Source: Takakia lepidozioides (taxonomy: Eukaryota; Plantae; Bryophyta). Taken from it: a DNA stretch of 64,000 bases. Below are positions 61,984-64,000 of this stretch, piece after piece. The first letter of the stretch is position 1. Every line of letters starts with the position of its first letter. The stretch is taken from positions 48,484,001 through 48,548,000 of the forward strand of contig CM060733.1 of the NCBI GenBank assembly GCA_030704615.1, written 5' to 3'. The position numbers were made by a program, and so were the translations under genes. The notes under the pieces were generated by a model, which saw only the letters and a program-made list of their open reading frames with translations, made no database searches and was not told where the DNA came from.

Positions 61984-64000
61984 CTAGTCACTCTCAAATA
62001 GTTCTTGAACCAGGCTGAAGAGTGCCTCTTCCAGCAGCAGTTCAGCTGTCTCAGATAATGCAGCCATACTCGAATGGTCAGGCGGTTCATTTGATTGAGG
62101 TTCAACCTTATTGGGAGTGGAAGATTGTAACGCCTTCACCAAAACACTTGGACGTGGAGCTCTTCTTCCCTCTGCGTCCTCCCCCTTTGCTGTGATGAAG
62201 CCAGAAAATGGTGCCTCCCCTGTATCACCCATATCGAAAGCAAAGGAAGGGCAAGGTTTTTCAGGTGTTTCTTGTCGAACGGGTCTCAGAGGTGGAGGAG
62301 GTAATTCACCATCTCCCAAGCTCTCAAACATTTGAGATAACTTCTCCTCTACTGTCAGTGGTGTTGGATGTTCCTTTTGGAATTCCTCAAATTCCAATAT
62401 GCGCTCTGTATCAAGTGTGCTAAAGTCAGCCTCATTACACTCATCATGCAAGGACTCTTGTAAGATCTCCAACAATATGCCATTGACAAACTCCGTCTGT
62501 ATTTCCAACTCGCTCCTCTCTTGTGGCCTCCATGGTAGTCCTTCCTCAGATGACAAGAGATCTTCTTTGGTGGGGTGATAATGCTTTATCACAACGTGAC
62601 TCACAACGGTCATATATAGCATAAATGTAGTGTTGGGTGGAGTGGTAGGTTCTAGATGGTCCAAACGCTCGAAGTAGTGCAAGTATGTGTTTGCCGCACT
62701 CTTCTTCATTGCAAAATCTGTGACTTTTGATCTGGAGGATACAGTGGACAAAGTTAAAGCCGACTTGTGGATGAAGTTCCTATTGTATGGGCCCCATCCA
62801 AGGCTCTTTGGCCATGTGTCTACTATGATCTCTGATTTCGTTTCCTCTGAGACACTCATCCCTCCAAGTGAAGATGCTGGGTCTTCCAACAATACCCTTA
62901 GTTCACAGTACAGTGTTGTCTCAAATAGCTGCGGGTGCACGCCTGCGGTAAAAGAAATCTTGCACATGCAACGCTTCCCTGCATCGAGCACTCCACGTTG
63001 GGGCTCTACTGAGAACTGACCGTCAACCATGTGGTCAGCTGCCACACTGTTGCGCCACCAGAATGCAACCTGCAAAGAGTCACAGGTGCACATACATAAG
63101 GAAACAAGTCATGAACAAGGGAAGAGGTGGTGCAACCCACACTACTAGCCTTGATTTTGTTCATGTCGAAATCCACCTTATGCCATCACCGTAGCAATTA
63201 GGATAGTGGTCCTGTGCAGACTCCAATAATAAGCAGACTCACTAGGTTGAATTGGGGGAATGATACCCAGAAAGGCTTGCTAAGGAATGTTCTCAAACAC
63301 TTTTTCACACCATCAATTCACTGTAGGTCTGGTCTATCCAAGCTTCCAGAAATCGTTGTTCTCAGTAGACCTCTATGATAATCACTTGACTTGCTTTAAT
63401 GCATCTTCAGGGATATGTCACATTGCATGCTGACTCAGCAGTGCAACCTAACCAATGCCCCTTAATGAGACCTTCATGACAACATCAAGGAACTTGTGTG
63501 TGCTTTCGATCAGTAAACGATTTGCCAATTCCACAACTCAGGAAATCAGGCATTCTTCCAACCAACCATCTCTATCACGTTGGATATCACTTCTTATCCT
63601 TCACAGTTCACTGAAAGAAAATCCTGAGAAAGTCTATGGGCTTAGAATGGAGGGGGAAAATGGAGAGAAAAAAACTTACCCGTGTTTCATCCAACACATT
63701 TTGTATAGCAACCAGTCTGTGAGTCAGAGATAGCTCACAAATAGTCCCAAACTCCAGAAGTTCAGTTGAGAGGATAGCTGGGACACCAGGCCAGTTGTAG
63801 GTGGTACCTGGAATCCTCGGAGGCTCGCCATCCCTGGAATCTGGGTCATGTGGATCAGTGGGGAGCAACCCAACCCCTTGAAGGATCAAAAGCCCACCTT
63901 TCCCTTCCTCTATATTTACTGGAAGCTCAACCGAATATGTCTTGGCCTCCAGAGGCTGGAAGAGCCAGTTGAGCAAAACAGATTCCATTGGTGGAATGAC
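61984..64000 (-). CDS. 3' exons of a CFAP65 (CCDC108)-like cilia/flagella protein, running off the window end
   Basis: Exon >63990-63680 (LNWLFQPLEAKTYSVELPV) splices in phase 0 to exon 63069-61984 (FSVEPQRGVLDAG, Ig-like ASH repeat style). Family call is from recalled motif similarity. Confidence 0.6.

Overview
Eukaryotic nuclear DNA from a non-seed land plant. Compact intron-containing genes and a CFAP65-like flagellar gene suggest a bryophyte/hornwort-like genome; this is inference. Host genes: eRF1 (-, 11954-16452), an EMB1703-like plastid protein (-, 26433-34185), GPI mannosyltransferase II/PIG-V (+, 41854-46016), a vacuolar sorting receptor (+, ~53185-60129) and the 3' end of a CFAP65-like gene (-). 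The first 11.6 kb is a scrambled, older duplicate of 24.6-29.6 kb (the 3' half of the EMB1703-like locus). It carries a 6.5-kb hAT transposon with a decayed transposase and a 2.8-kb cargo of captured host exons, plus a LINE insertion. Several CAGTGTTG-ended hAT MITEs all sit in GTnnnnAC sites, including a tandem pair whose central target copy is inverted. A restriction-like-endonuclease (RLE) non-LTR retrotransposon ends in a ~76-nt structured RNA motif (GAAA, GCAA and UUCG loops). The motif recurs 4.7 kb away with compensatory base changes and is the most novel-looking signal. All alignments and exon models were made by eye; no searches were run.
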